This document shows positions 40,079-54,859 of a stretch of DNA of 64,000 nt, one piece after another. Made by a program: the position numbers and the translations under genes. This stretch comes from Octopus vulgaris. Taxonomy: Eukaryota. The stretch lies in assembly GCA_951406725.2 (NCBI GenBank), contig OX597824.1, positions 61,132,001 through 61,196,000 on the forward strand, read 5' to 3'. The notes under the pieces are model-generated. The model did no database searches, was not told the origin of the DNA, and worked only from the letters and a program-made list of their open reading frames with translations. Positions within the stretch are counted from its first letter, which is position 1, and every line of letters begins with the position of its first letter.

Positions 40079-40400
40079 CTGGCACTCTGTTATGATGACA
40101 AGGGTTCCAATTGCTCTGATCAATGGAACAGCATGCTTGTGAAATTAACATGCATGTGGCTGAGCACTTTACAGACATGAGTACCCTTAACATAGTTCTC
40201 AGAGAGAGATTCAGCATGACACAGAATGTGACAAGGCTGGCTCTTGGAAATACAGGTACAACTCATTTTTGCCCGCTGAGTGGACTAGAGGAACATAAAA
40301 TAAAGTGTCTTGCTCAAAGAGACAATGTGTTGCCAGGAATTGAACTTATGACCTTACGATTGGTAGCCGAATACCCTAACCACTAAGTCACATGCCTTCA
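40079..40400 (-). mobile_element. tRNA-derived SINE, family D, with a 13-bp TSD
   Basis: Head TGACTTAGTGGTTAGG..AGTTCAATTCC, then TTGAGCAAGACACTT; TSD CTAATTAGCTAAT at 40066-40078 and 40401-40413. Related heads at about 29330 and 45415. Confidence 0.8.
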
Positions 40401-40470
40401 CTAATTAGCTAATAAAGAAGTACAAATTTTTGCAAAACCAATGTGGTAGTTGTTGTATAGAATAACTTAC

Positions 40471-40552
40471 GGTGCAATAATAGCTCTGGCTGGAGAATGG
40501 ACTGCTTGTACTTTTGATAACCATTGTGTCAACTGATTATTAAGTTCATCAG
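40471..40552 (-). CDS. MEMO1: MEMO1 exon 2: (A)DELNNQLTQWLSKVQAVHSPARAIIA
   Basis: L..QL..WL...PARAIIAP motif; cag/gtaagt; 82 nt. Confidence 0.97.
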
Positions 40553-42159
40553 CTGGAATAAATAAAACATTCATTGAGATATGAAAATACAACAAAAATA
40601 AAACAAACTCTTATTCATGAAATAGCAAAATGGAAATTGTTCAAGGAACCTTGGTAGAAATTTCTAAGTATTTAAATATCAGAAAACACTGATTCAAAAT
40701 GTCTGAATAAAACTTCATATAATGATGATGTTATAAGAGTCAAAATGCATATTTTAGAAGAAAAAAAAAAGACCCCATGCAAAAATAAATAAATAAAATA
40801 AAATTATAAAATGAAAGCTGCAAATTAGCAGAATCTGTAGAGCATCAGACAAAATACTTTGTGGTATTTAGTTAAGGCCCTTTATGTTTTGAATTCAAAA
40901 TCCTGCCAAGATCAACTTTGCCATTCATCCTTCTGGGGTTAATGAAATAAGGGATAAGTTGCGTACTGGGGTGGGGGTGTAATTGATTGATTTTCTTTCT
41001 CGCAAAAGGAATGGTCTTGTGCCAATGTTAGACCTGAATGTAACAAAATGAAAGCTATAGAAGTAACTTTTCATACTAAAGAATACACATTCATTTCCAA
41101 TGAAACAAAGAAGAGAAGGAGTGACCGAAACAAGTATTTACAAACAAAACAACAGCTTTTCGACTGAGTAAATCTTGGTGTTCAGTACAATAGTGAAAAC
41201 GTGTTACATAAAATAGCAAAAAATCAATAGCTGACTTTAAAGCACAAGTGTATTCTTGGGTGAACACGTTTGTCTCTCATGAAAAATCATTAAGATTAAT
41301 CAATGAAATAGACACTGTATTTTTCTTTCCTTTTTAAATTATTTAAATATGCTGTTTTAAGATTGCAAGATGTTCCATCGTAACAGGAGAATCAAATGAA
41401 AAAAACACAAAAATTACTTTTTACATTATAACCAATATTGTTCCATGTAGACAGTAAAGCCAACATCTTGTGTCTCCATGTGTGTTCACAAAAAATGTTC
41501 AGGTATAAAGATTCTTGCAGAGACACTTTTCTGCTCAACACACATACACACACAAAAAAAATGCTTTAGAATAAAGTTTCTCAACAGGGGCCATTTGGAG
41601 CCTGAGGCAGGGTGTATTGGAGCAAAGGAGTGCTAGAAGGGCATTAAGAGACTTGGGGGTGGGGTGCTTGAAGACCCTCAACTGTGGTAAGTTTCATTTG
41701 AAATTTAGGAGTAGTAGCCATATTTTCACATCTCTGACAGTGAAAAAAAAAAGACCATGCCTTTTTCTTTCAAATTTTCAGAAACTTAAAAATAACTTTC
41801 CACTTTGGTGACACCAAGCAAATTCCTGGTACCATGTGTAACTGGTGTCGCTGAAGTGAAACTCCAAAAACAAAAACAGATGAATAGTGACAGATGACTA
41901 AAAAGAAAAAAAAAGTAATGAATAAAAGCAAAAAGCTTTTGTGTGGTCAGAATTTTGAATGAAACTGTCTTATGGGAGTGGCTGATAAGTATGTGTTTGG
42001 GTATGTTTGTATATGATTGCATGTGTTGCCATTTTGAATTCCTTTCTGTGATTAAACTTAAATTGATCCCAGGCTATTAAAGGCCCAACCACACACACAC
42101 ATATATTTGTTTTAGGTTTTGTACCCCTATTTGAACTGTGGCCATACACCAAATAAAGT

Positions 42160-43010
42160 GGTAAGTCTTATGTTCCGAAATTTAAATTTTCAATTTGTGA
42201 TAATTATAAAATTACACTTCAGCTAAAAACACATCCTTTGGCTTTGAAAAGCAGAACCTTTTCTTTCTATATTTTTTGTTAAGTTAGAATTTTTCTGTTT
42301 TGGTCAGGATTTTCCAATTTCTTCTTCGGATCTAGTTAGGTTGAGTCACAAAATCAAATCCGTTTAATTTTGCTCAGACTGTTTTCAAAGTTGGGCTATG
42401 GACAGTGTTCGGAATTTTGATTACACTCAACCAATTTCTTTATCTCATAAATTAAAGAATCTGATGTTATTTGGAATTGAAGTTGGAAAATTTGTGTAAT
42501 TTTAGCCAATCAACAGCTAGTTACCGTAGCAACATATGGCAACTTATGAGTTCTATTTTGCCTGGCTGTGCTGAATCTTCTTTGTACATGTTTCGATTTA
42601 GTTATTTTTGTGCAAACTTTATAAAATGTACATTACCTGTGCTTATATCAATTAGAATTTTATTTAAGGTATTTTTCATGAATGTTTGTAATATTTTACA
42701 TATATTTTGTGAAGTTTTTGTGTTTCTATAATTTTTTTGTCTTTCGTGAAGTTTTTCTGTGTTTGTTTACTTTTTACTTGTTGGTAAAAGCCTAGAATGG
42801 CTGCATCCAACTCGTTTAAATGTAACAGTCTAAAGGAGATATCGAAAACAGAGGCGGATGCTGCATATTATTTCAAAGAAAAGGTTGTGATCCCTAAAAA
42901 AAGTGTAGTAAATCTAGGCACAATATGACTAAGAAAGTGGTTCATGGGAATTTGGACTGGTGGTGCACTCACAATAGATGTAATGAACATTTGGCAGTAA
43001 AGACAGGAAG
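42160..43010 (+). mobile_element. 5' fragment of a probable Merlin (IS1595/ISXO2-like) DNA transposon
   Basis: ATG 42797 MAASNSFKCNSLKEISKTEADAAYYFKEKVVIPKK, frameshift, then KCSKSRHNMTKKVVHGNLDWWCTHNRCNEHLAVKTG; resembles the CxxC..M..WxC..C..S.rtG zinc ribbon. Confidence 0.45.
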
Positions 43011-44136
43011 AAAAAAAAAAAGAAAACCTTGGATTTTTTGTGTACAAGATTTATATCTTTTCAATTATAGCCTCAGCCCTAACCTCCCCACCCCTAAAAA
43101 CAGCATGTTCTCTCCACTTTTTACAAGCTCTACTGTTTCTTCTTCTATATCTGCTTTTGGTTTATATTATTTTTATCCCCAATCTGTCTATTTGTATTTC
43201 TTTTGGCAACTATTTTAGGCCTCAAGGTTGCAAAGTGTGTAGATTAAAAGACTGAATCCTACTTTCTGATCCTACAACTGCTATCTTTCAGGCAACACTT
43301 CACCATTAAAGAAAATAAGAACCTCAGTAAGCTCCTAGTTAGATGCTCCGTAGTACCCAACCACATAAAACCAGGCACTTTTAGGTGTGCTAACAGATGA
43401 TACAACATCTGCCCATACATTAATAACACTATAACCTTCAATAGGCCAAACTCATAGTAACACATTACCTAAAACTTCTATTGCATACCTTCCAGCCTCA
43501 TTTATAGCACTTTTCACAAACTCTGTAGTATATTGGAGAAACTGGTTGTTGTCTTGCAGATTGCTTTGTGGAGCACACATGAAGCAGACTACAATGTATG
43601 GCAAGCCAACATATTGCCATCCACTTCAACACAATGGGCCATTCCATTACCTGCTTATCAGTGTGCAGCATCTCTGCACACCATGGATCCACATACACAA
43701 GAACGTTTCATATTTAAACTTGGTACTTCATCACTGCGAGTTTAAATGAATATTTTACCTTCTCTTAGTTCAATATCTCATTCTTATTCTTCAGCCCTGT
43801 TCCCTTCTCACCTGCTTCTCTTTCTCTATTCCTTTTTCCTCTTTTCTGTCTCTCTCACCCAGCTTCTCCCTCCTACAACTTCCTGTCTATACATTAGGGT
43901 CAGGCTGTTTTGCATTCCCCATCAGTTGCAGCCAATTTCTCAAACACAGGAGAGGGAAAACTATTTGTCTTTTTAATTGCCTCCAGTCAATTTTATGTTG
44001 AAGGTGGATTGTCTAAAACACTGGATATGCATGCAATTCTGCAGGGAAATTTCACTGTACTACTATTGTCACTTCTAAATAATACAAGTCTTGCCAATAC
44101 AGATCACAACAGTCTCTTGACTTTCTGTTTTATCTG

Positions 44137-44197
44137 ATATATAATATAATATATATATATACATATATATATACACATATATATATATATATACACA

Positions 44198-44237
<40 letters not shown>

Positions 44238-45220
44238 CACATATATATATATATAATAACAAAATAATAAATAAAACATATGCATATATACATACATACA
44301 TCTATATGTATATATACAGGACACCAAAAAAACGAACACGATGAAAAACGAAAACATAAAAACAAAACCAAGGAAACGGACATTTTTTTAAACAACGAAA
44401 AAACAGAGTAAAAGACATACAACACAAGGAAAATTCCCCCTCTTCAGCCGCCTCTGTTTCATCTATTCCATGTTTTGAAGGTAAAGTCGAGACACGACTT
44501 CATGGAAACAGACCTTCCGCAAAGCAAATTAAATAAAATTTGAAATTTTTTTTAGAGGGGTAAAAGTGGTAACAAAAACAGGACAGTAAAGACAATACAA
44601 ATAAAAACAGTAAAAGACAGGACAAGGAGAATAACAGTAACACAAACATTAAGGGCTGTTAAGCCTGAATGAAAGAAAAATTATTTTGAACGCTTTGAAA
44701 ACGGCTTGAGAGGGACAGAGAAAGCCGACTTCACTTGTTGGAAGTAGTAGTCAGAAAAGCAGTAATACACACACCTATATATATATATATATATAGGTGT
44801 GTGTGAGTATATATATATATATATGTGTATGTATGTATATATATATATATGTGTGTATGTATGTATGTATATATATATATGTGTGTATGTATGTATATAT
44901 ATATATGTGTGTATGTATATATATATGTGTGTATGTATATATATATATATGTGTGTATGTATGTATATATATATGTGTGTATGTATATATATATGTGTGT
45001 ATGTATGTATATATATATGTGTGTATGTATATATATATATGTGTGTGTATGTATATATATATATATATATATGTGTGTGTATGTATGTATATATATATAT
45101 ATGTGTGTATGTATATATATATATGTGTGTGTGTATGTATATATATATATATATATATACATACATACATACATACACACACATATATATATATATGTAT
45201 AGACATATACACACACACAT
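44137..45220. repeat. Large compound (TA)/(TG)/(TATG) microsatellites (44137-44255 and 44770-45220) flanking an unclassified ~500-bp repeat
   Basis: Read directly; source of the YIYI and CVCM ORFs. Confidence 0.9.
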
Positions 45221-46552
45221 CATTTTAACATCCACTTTTCCATGCTTGCATATTGGCTGGCCTGAATCTATAGAAGACATTTTCTCAAGATGCCATTAGT
45301 AGGACTGAAACAGAGTACATGGTCACAAAGCAAACTTCTTAACCACATAACCATATCTACACATGGTCGGTAATACAAGTTATATTTTTACTATTATTAT
45401 TATTATTATTATTGGGTGCATGGCTTAATGGTTAGGGTGTTGCACACATGATCTAGTGATTGTGATTTCAATTCCTAGACCGGGTGGTGCACTGTTCTTG
45501 AGAAAAACATTATCTCACATTGCGATGCAATCACTTCAACACCCAATATGTGGTACACTATGCACCTGTTCAGACAACATCAATTTGATGGAGAGAGTGA
45601 GCCAATGTGTGGCATGAACACTTGATCACTATAAACAAATCATTTATGCAGGCTGTTTGGCAAAAGCTGAACATTCATACGTTGTCTTCGACAGGAGAGA
45701 TTATCATCATCATAACATCACAGAGAAATAACGAATATTTTCTAAGATGGACTGATACACTCCACAATGCAGCTGCCTCATCCCCACCTCCCATTACATG
45801 TAACCTGCTCCGACTTACTCTTAAAAAATATCAATTTAAGAGCCAATCCAATCTATCCCTACCTATCACTGAAACCACACAGCTTTAAAACTATTTTCCT
45901 CTCAATGATTTTAAAAAAAAGAAAAAGAAAAAGATAAAACAATAATTTAAGATAACTTTTTAATTTAGGAGTGAATGTTATCTGATCTGAACTTGAATAA
46001 AAAAAAAAAAAAAGACATGTTTATAGTGTCAATGGGTAAATTTGATCTGTTAAGCTATTTGTTAGTTCCAGATAGAACCATCTCACATTGCTAATGGCTT
46101 TAAAGAATTCATTAACATATCACATTTAAGAGAGAAAGAGAGAAAGCAATCATTATTTAGAACATATCAAGGAATCATCATTTGAGAAGAATTAGTAAAA
46201 AGCAGTTTGCAATGTTTGAATAATTAATTGTATCTAAAAACAATCAATTAAGAAGCTTTGTGAGATCCAAACAAGCGATATTTTTGGAGAGAACACAAAA
46301 ATGTGCTTTGAGTATATATTACATCAGTTTATTATATACAGTATCTTAAAAACAACAGTTTAATGGCAGTTATTTGGTCTCATACAGCCTTGAGAGTTTG
46401 TAGAGTATAGTTACTGGCTTTTATTTGTTTTTAGCCTTCAATACAACACTTCTTGGATTCAAGTTTAGTCTTCAAAATGATCTAACCCAGTGGTTCCCAA
46501 ACTTTTTCAGGTTACAGCCCTAAATTGGTGCCTGAGCCACATTCCTAATACC

Positions 46553-46771
46553 TATTTCTTTACTATCCACCCACAGAGAGGACAAAAAAGGACAGACAAA
46601 CGGATTATGTCGATTATATCGACCCCTGTGCGTAACTGGTACTTAATTTATCAACCCCGAAAGGATGAAAGGCAAAGTCAACCTCGGCGGAATTTGAACT
46701 CAGAACGTAACGGGAGACAAAATACGGCTAAACAGTTCGCCCGGCGTGCTAACGTTTCTGCCAGCTCGCCA
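46553..46771 (-). mobile_element. Young family A SINE with a perfect 16-bp TSD, inserted just inside a hAT-like end (CAGTGGTTCCCAAAC at 46488)
   Basis: TSD CCACATTCCTAATACC at 46537-46552 and 46772-46787; CpGs intact. Confidence 0.9.
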
Positions 46772-47689
46772 CCACATTCCTAATACCGCCTACTCACCAC
46801 CACAAATGTAGACCAAATGTTACTTATTTTTCAAACGAGGAATCTCTTATCCCACACATATTAAAAAGCACAGAGCCAGTTGACAATTTGTGATAAGGAA
46901 ATGAGAAGGAACTTCACAGCTTGTAGCTAATAGGTTTTCAAGTGAAGCACATGGTGCACAAACATTATATACATACACACAAACGACAGGATTCTTTCAA
47001 TTTTTGTCTCCCAAATTCATTCACAAGACTTGGTTAGCCAGTGGCTACAGTAGACACTCGAAAAAGGTGTTATGCAGTGGGGCTGAACCAAAAACCACAA
47101 TGTTGAGAAGCAAACTTCTTGACCATACAGCAATAATTGCCCCTTTTGGAACAAATATCATTACAATTACTTTTACAATCATTGTTTAACTCAGTCCAGT
47201 ACAGATCGAGCAGATCAAAAACATTAAGGATTTTATTTTCAGGCATAATGTGTCCTCAGACACATTAACAGAGTATTCCTTCGGGATTTGAGTAAATTCT
47301 GGCGGTCATATGTAGGTTTGCAGTTCATTTGGAATAAGGTTTTCTTATGCAAAATTTAAAACACAGATGAGAGTACATTAAAAACAGAATACAATATACA
47401 TAGCTAGAATATACGGGCATGATACTCACTGATCAAATAGTGTTACGGCTCATCTAATCAATAGTAACATTTCTTCAATTTACTTCTTTTTGTTATGCAC
47501 TTCTCAATAGTTTTATAAATTCAAAAAAGGAAAACACCCAAAATACAATCATGCTTTATTATTACATAATTTTTACATGATCTCCTTTCCCTGTATTACT
47601 AAAGTAGACTAGGTGATAGTTTTAAATAAATAGTAGAGATCAGGTTTCCTGTCATATCTTTCATTTTTTTTTGCTGACCCCCAACAATT

Positions 47690-47718
47690 TATGGGGACGT
47701 AAACACAAACACACACAC

Positions 47719-47761
<43 letters not shown>

Positions 47762-48335
47762 ATGGGCTTCTTTCAGTTTCTGTCAACCAAATCCAATCAC
47801 AAGGATTTGATCAGCCCAAGGCTATAGCTGAAGACACTTGCCCAGGGTACCACACAGTGGGACTGAGCCTGGAACCATGTGGTTGGGAAGCAAACTTCTT
47901 ACCACATAGCCATGCTTAATGAAAAAATTTGCATTCTTTGCATCCTTTTCTGTTACTTGTTTCAGTCATTTGAATGCATCCATGTTTACCTTTTATCTTT
48001 TACTTGTTTCAGTTATTAGACTGGGGCATCAACGTGAATTTTTAGTCGAAATGACTTGGCTGAAGATATCAACCCTAGTATTTATTTTTTAATCTTAAGT
48101 TTGGTACTTATTCTATTGTGCTCTTGCTGAACTAGTAAGTTATGGGAACATAAACAAACCAACAAACACACACATGACAGGCTTCCACACAGTTTCAATC
48201 TACCTCATTCACTCATAAAGCATTGGTCACACTGAAGCTATAGTTTAAGACACTTGCTCAAGAGATTGTGCAGTGAGACTGAACCTGAAACCCTGTGGTC
48301 ACAAATTGATGTTTTTAACCACAGAGCAATGCCTA
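47690..48335 (-). mobile_element. Two decayed family B SINEs
   Basis: Similarity to 24781-25184. Confidence 0.7.
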
Positions 48336-48519
48336 CACTTACAGATTTATCAAAGAAATATTTTGCTGATACACATATTTTAGGAGACTCTCAGTATTTT
48401 GCTTACATTACAAATGAAACACTTTTTTTTCTTTTTGTTTCATAATCCACCAGACTGACTGACCTACTTTAGCAGATGATGGTCAATAATTTGATAGGTT
48501 ACACTTGCAAAGTGCCAAA

Positions 48520-49560
48520 TATTCTTTTCTACTCTAGGCACAAGGCCTGAAATTTTTGGGGAGGGTACTTAACTGACCCCCGAAAGGATGAAAAGTAAAG
48601 TCGACCTCGGCAAAATCTAAACTCAGAACATAAAGACAGTTGAAATACTGCTAAGCATTTTGCTCAGTGTGCTAATGTTTCAGCCAGCTTGCTGCAATGT
48701 GGTCTGTTGCAACATCTGTTGTCTATTAAAGATTGATGTCAGGTGTGAGTGTGCTTCAGCCATAAACAAATATGTATATCTCTAACAAAGACTATTGTCA
48801 TTATCAAAGTGGTGAGCTGGCAGAATTGTTAGCATGCCGAATGAAATGCTCAGTGGTATTTGGTCTATCATCATGCTCTGGGTTCAAATTCCACCAAGAT
48901 CAACTTTGCCTTTTATCCTTTCAGGGCCAATAAAATAAGTACCAGTTGAGCACAGGGGTAAATGTAATTGAATTAACCTCTTCCTCCAAACTGCTGGCTC
49001 TGTGCCAAAATTTGAAACCATTATTATTGCTGTTATTATTTTGGCAGCAACCTGGCAGAATCATTAATGTGTCAGAAAGATGCTTGGCAGCATTTCTTCT
49101 GGCTCTTTATATTCTGAGTTCAAATTCTACTACGGTTAAGTCAACTTTACCTTTCATTCTTTTGGGAGTCAATAAAATCAGTCTCTGTTGAGCAATGGGT
49201 CGATGTCATCAACTTAACTTGTTTCCCGTATGTGCTGGCTTTGTGCCAAAGTTTGAAATCATTATTTAAATTACTGGGGTCATGTAATTGATTATCTGCC
49301 TCTCCTCCAAATTTTAAGTTTAGTGTTTACAGTAGAAAGAATTATTATTATGGTAGAGACCTGTTAGAATGATCATTGTGTTGGGAAAATACTTAGAGGC
49401 ATTTCTTTTTGCTCTTTACATTCTTAGTTCAAATGTTGTCAAGGGTGACTTTTCATCCTTTTTGGGATTGATAAAACCAAGTACCAATCATGCACTGGGG
49501 TTGATGTAATTGACTTTAACCCCTCCCTTAAAACTACTGACCTTGTACCAAAATTTGAAA
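48520..49560. mobile_element. Family A SINE cluster: one minus copy (48520-48695) head-to-head with three plus copies
   Basis: B-box and core repeated in both orientations. Confidence 0.75.
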
Positions 49561-51300
49561 CGGTATTTAATTATTCTGAATTTCTAGTTTTCTACTATCA
49601 ATATCAGCACAGCAAAAGAATATATTTAGTATAGAGAAGAACTGAGATCAAAGTGCTTTAGACTTGGACATAAAAGCAGTTAAGAAAATGATTCAATTTT
49701 GTAAGCAATATTCAAAACAAATAACATGAACAGATAAGGACTTCAGTGGTGTCAGCAAGAAATGCCAAGACCTTTACATCAGTGTCTATATGGAGGTTAT
49801 GGCACTGATATAAGATATGAAATATCCTTGGGGGTGCTTCTGCAGTGTAAATAATTTTGTTTCTAACATCAATTTCAAAAAAAAAAAAAAAAATTCTACC
49901 CTTCCAGTTGGTATGAGAGTTTTAAGCAAGCAAGCTCATTAATATGGAAGAAGTTAGGGAAACAATTCTCAACAAGAGGGAGGCTATATGAACAATAGTT
50001 TCTAAATAATGCTTATTTAGAGAGGTGGGGGGTAAGCCATTATAACATAATGCAATATATAAATAGAGAATAACTGGACATTCCTAAAGAACAACCAGCT
50101 GTCAGCCACTGATCAGTTACAGTTGGGGAAGAGGTCCATCAGATAGGTGAAGGGGTAATGAAAGAGTGGAACAAATATAAGGCTACATAAGAGCTCTGAA
50201 GCAACAGGTTTTGGAAGTAGAAAAAGTGGGAAGCAGAGAATAACAGCAAGAGAATTACCCTACATAGCTAGGAGGAGAAGGAGAGTGAGACAGGCAGAGA
50301 GGTGGGAAAGTGCATGTTTGCTAATATCCAGTGAAAAAGGTATGACACATTATTCTAGATTGTAAAACCGACTCAAGATGACATGGAGAAAAGTGTTTGA
50401 AAAGAGACTTATTTTCAATAGCAATGAAAAGAATGAAGTCCGTCAGTGTGTACTAAAAAGTTGAATGAGAAAGATCAAGGAGAGGGTGAGAACATGCCGT
50501 CTATGAAGCAAAAAACAAAGGGGTCAGATGTAATAAACATTAGAATGAACAGGGAGTACTCACTGCCAGCAGACAAGTGCACTGGGATCTCAGATAGTCT
50601 AACAAGAACTTCAGAGGTGTTCTACAGCAGTAGGGTTATTGTTGCTCTGTTTTTAAAAAGACCCATGAGAAAAGGTAATCCAGCTGTGATCATCTCGGTT
50701 TTTAGATAAGACTGCCTCAGGTTTTATGATACAAACTTCCTATTGTGAAGTATCAAAATTTCACACTTTGTTCCAAATATTAGCTTAAAAAAGTTATTTT
50801 ATTAAATTCATCATTATTTTTAGAATCAATTGAAATCAATGTTTTTGTACCTCCTAAGAGATTTGGTATAAAAAAAAAAAAAGGTTAAAATTAAGGAGGT
50901 GGGAATAGTCTACAGAAGAGGAGTCCCATGATTTTTGGAAAAAAAATCACACATTGGGTTCTGCACCAACATTAACTTAGGTCTAAGGTAATGTACAAAT
51001 AAATGAGGTGAAAAAATTTTGTTAAATTGCAGCGTCGCTGATTGTTTTAACCCTGCTGGGATTTGAACACAGAATCTAAATTTTCATTAACCATCTTGTG
51101 ACACCTGGACCAACTGATCAGCCCAAGTGACACAAGCTGAAAGCACTTTGAGGCCAATCCACTGGCCTGATGTAACAAACGTTTTGAAGTGTAATAGCCC
51201 ATCAGGGATCGTCTATCAGTAAATATAATATAAAACTATATAAGTTTTCTACATGCAGCCATCAATTTCAATCTCAACAGAAAAAAAAAAAACTTTGATA

Positions 51301-51740
51301 GGCATAGTAGAGGCTGTGTGGTAAGTAGCTTGCTTACCAACCACATGGTTCCGGGTTCAGTCCCACTGCGTGGCAACTTGGGCAAGTGTCTTCTACTATA
51401 GCCTCGGGCTGACCAAAGCCTTGTGAGTGGATTTGGTAGACGGAAACTGAAAGAAGCCCGTCGTATATATGCATATATATATATATGTATGTATGTGTGT
51501 GTGTGTATATGTTTGTGTCTGTGTTTGTCTCCCAACATCGCTTGACAACCGATGCTGGTGTGTTTATGCCCCCGTAACTTAGCGGTTTGGCAAAAGAGTC
51601 TGACAGAATAAGTACTAGGCTTACAAAGAATAAGTCCTAGGGCCAACTTGCTCAACTAAAAGGCGGACCTCCAGCATGGCCACAGTCAAATGACTGAAAC
51701 AAGTAGAAGAATAAAGAGAGTATTACAGAGTAAAGAGAGT
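51301..51740 (+). mobile_element. Near full-length family B SINE
   Basis: Closely matches the reverse complement of 24781-25184. Confidence 0.85.
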
Positions 51741-54204
51741 ATTTCATAGGCACAAGAAAGGCAAAATCAAGTCCAGTAAGATGTGAACTCCAAATTGTTT
51801 AGCTCTAAACTGACTGAACAAACTTAAAGATGTTCCATCTGTGACAACCTTGTTTTATTATACTGTTTTTAGTCATGGTATGCTGAATACCTAATTTTCT
51901 AATGTATGTTTAAGACATTAGGGTGTGATCTGCGAGAAACTGGGACGAACGGTGAAAGCAACAAATTTTCTTTATCAATCACTAATATTTTTTTATAATG
52001 AATGTATTAGGATTCCAGTATTGTTTATATTTCTTGTAACTTTGGTAACAAAAATCTCTTTGGCTTAAAAAAAAAAATGTTATTTCTAGAAGGTTGAGCG
52101 ATCATGTAAAATGGCTAGTCAGAAAGTATGACCTCCATTTCTCTATCCAATGTCCGCTTTGGAATGGTTTTGAAGGCTGGATGCCGTAGAAACCATACCA
52201 TTGCAGACAATGGTGCTGAAACCTCTCCTCCACCGGCTCGATGGGTCATATTAAACGTCCAAACCATGCCAGCATGGAAAACGGACGTTAAATGATGACG
52301 AGGACCACAAACACACAGATCGCCGATTTAACAAATACTGGGGAAATGAGATTAAAAAAATATATATAAATAAAAGACCAATCTTTTTCAAAGAGGTTTC
52401 ATAGCATACTGAATCCAAGTTGAATGATATTTACTAGTACTTATGTTAGAGACTCAAGCATGAAGAAAATTACAAAATCAAATTGCCCGCAAATCAGTGA
52501 TCAGTTTGAATAGCCGTCCGAAGTTCCCATAGTCAGAGGAAAGAAAAAGAGTAATTCCACCCCACCCTTTTTTTTGTCCGTAATTTATGAGTTCGAAAAT
52601 TATTTTCCTCCAAATTTTCAATCAAGAAAATATTTTCCCCTCCCACTTCCGTAACACCTTTCGCTTCTCATGTATTTAAGGGACTTCGAAGGACAGCTAT
52701 TGCAAAAACTCCAATAATAATTCGTTTTTGGATTTGGTTCGCAAGATTCTTTATCTGAGTTCGTGTGTTGAAGCATATTCTGTGGTGTCTGGGGAGAGTC
52801 ATTTTCTTTTAGTGCCTTATAATGTAACACACGCACCGGTAAAATTTCCACTTATTTCTTATTTTTATTTTCCTAAAATTTTCGTTGCGTCTTGCAACCG
52901 TTTCAATAGTCTTGACTTTCTCCAATAATAACATCATGCCGAAGTAGATGTTAAGCTTTAGAATTAATAAAAAAAAAGAAAGAAAAAGAGGGAGGCGAGA
53001 ATGTTTATGCCATTCTGAAAGACATCCGCAAATGTAATGAATGGAATTATGAATACTTTCTTATCAATTAGTAGAGAGTAAACATTCCTACAAGTATAAC
53101 TGAGGGAGGAGGTGGGAGTGGACTAATTCCAAATCTGTTTAAAACACCTTAACGATTAATCCAACATACCATATATACATGTGTGTGTGTGTGTACGTAG
53201 TATACATGACAGAGAGACACAAAATGGTATGTATATGGAATTAGAGCGCTTTTGCGCTGCGGTACACCATGGTTTATAATTAGTTCCACATCTACACCTC
53301 CGGTCAAAAGCAATGACAAGAGAAAAAGAGTTAAAGAGTTTACCGCAGTAGCCACAACAAAAAGAAAGGAATGAAAATTCTTCAAATAAATATGCGAAGA
53401 TAATTGCAAGCACTTGTCATTGAAACTGAAGGAAGACGGGAGAAGAGGATTTAAAAAAGAAATGGGGAGGGGGGAATAAACGTCAAGATTATTATTATTA
53501 TATGATACATCTAAGTGTAATTAGTCATCATCAGAACGAGAAACGGGGGCACATTGAAACAATATAACCAACGGGTGAACAAAGAAAGTGAAGTGGAACA
53601 AATATATATACAAAGAAATAATAATGCCAAGAGAAATCTGGAAGCAAGTCCAAAATAATAAGATATTTCCTGTGTGGAAGGAGTTTTTAAGAAGAAATGC
53701 AGAGAACAAAGAAGTAGAGTCGACTAAGATATCTTTATAAATCCAACTGTCAATTAGTCATTTAAATATATTTACAAACAAGCTTTCTATTAGAAACTAA
53801 ATCTCTTTGCTTTTTAGAACATATCAAAACAATGTGACGCGATTTGAACAAAATTATTTTATTATTTTTTTAAAAATTATCTAAAATAAATAAAAGACAG
53901 AACTTTCAGAAAGTACTTATTGGTAGGTATTAAATGCTATGTTAAAAAAAAATATATCGAGGATCAAAATGACAACAAATTAATTTTATAAACTGAAGAC
54001 GAAATAACAAAGGAAATTTTTGTTAAACTGTTAAGAAATTACACATTTTGGCAAGTTTCCACACGAACTAACAATCATACAAGCACACACAAAGACCTGT
54101 AGGAAAATGATTTTTCAAGCAGTCTCTTATTCTAATTATCTGAAAATAATTATATCTGGTAATACATTTCATTCTACAAAACTATTGAAGTCAAATACAA
54201 TGTG

Positions 54205-54258
<54 letters not shown>

Positions 54259-54785
54259 CACATACATACATACACACACACCTATATGTTTCTACTGCGT
54301 TAGTCACATCAAAATTTCTTCACAGAATGATCTTAGAAAAACTACGATTATCTTCTTTTCATCTTGTAATCTATCAATCTCTGTTAAATTGACTAGTCTA
54401 CACAACTTTTCAAACAATGGATTTATGGTTATATTATTTAGACATACATATTAACGTGTAGGTGTGTATATATATGTGTACACACACACACCTATATATA
54501 TGTTAAAGAACCCCCTTTCTACTGTAACATACTTTCTGCCACACAAAACACCACTTAAGCGGCCTCTTATATATGACACGCTGGAATATAAAATTGAGTG
54601 AGCAGGACTCAATACATAGTCACAGAGTATAGACTTCGATTACAACAAAATCTCATTTACTAAAGCTTCGCGTTTTCAAACGTCAGCCAAAGAATACACA
54701 CACACACAGATATAAATATACATACACACATATATAAGCACTACACCATACACTACATAAAAGTCTACAGCGATCAAGAGTTGTG

Positions 54786-54846
<61 letters not shown>

Positions 54847-54859
54847 TACTTTTACTTAC

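Noticed and set aside
44430-44500. Minus-strand CTGAAGAG near a GAAAC, a possible second hammerhead
   Set aside because: I could not close stems I and III in any topology.
44075-45299. Long ORFs rich in YI, HT and CV
   Set aside because: Translations of stop-poor (TA)/(CA)/(TG) microsatellites.
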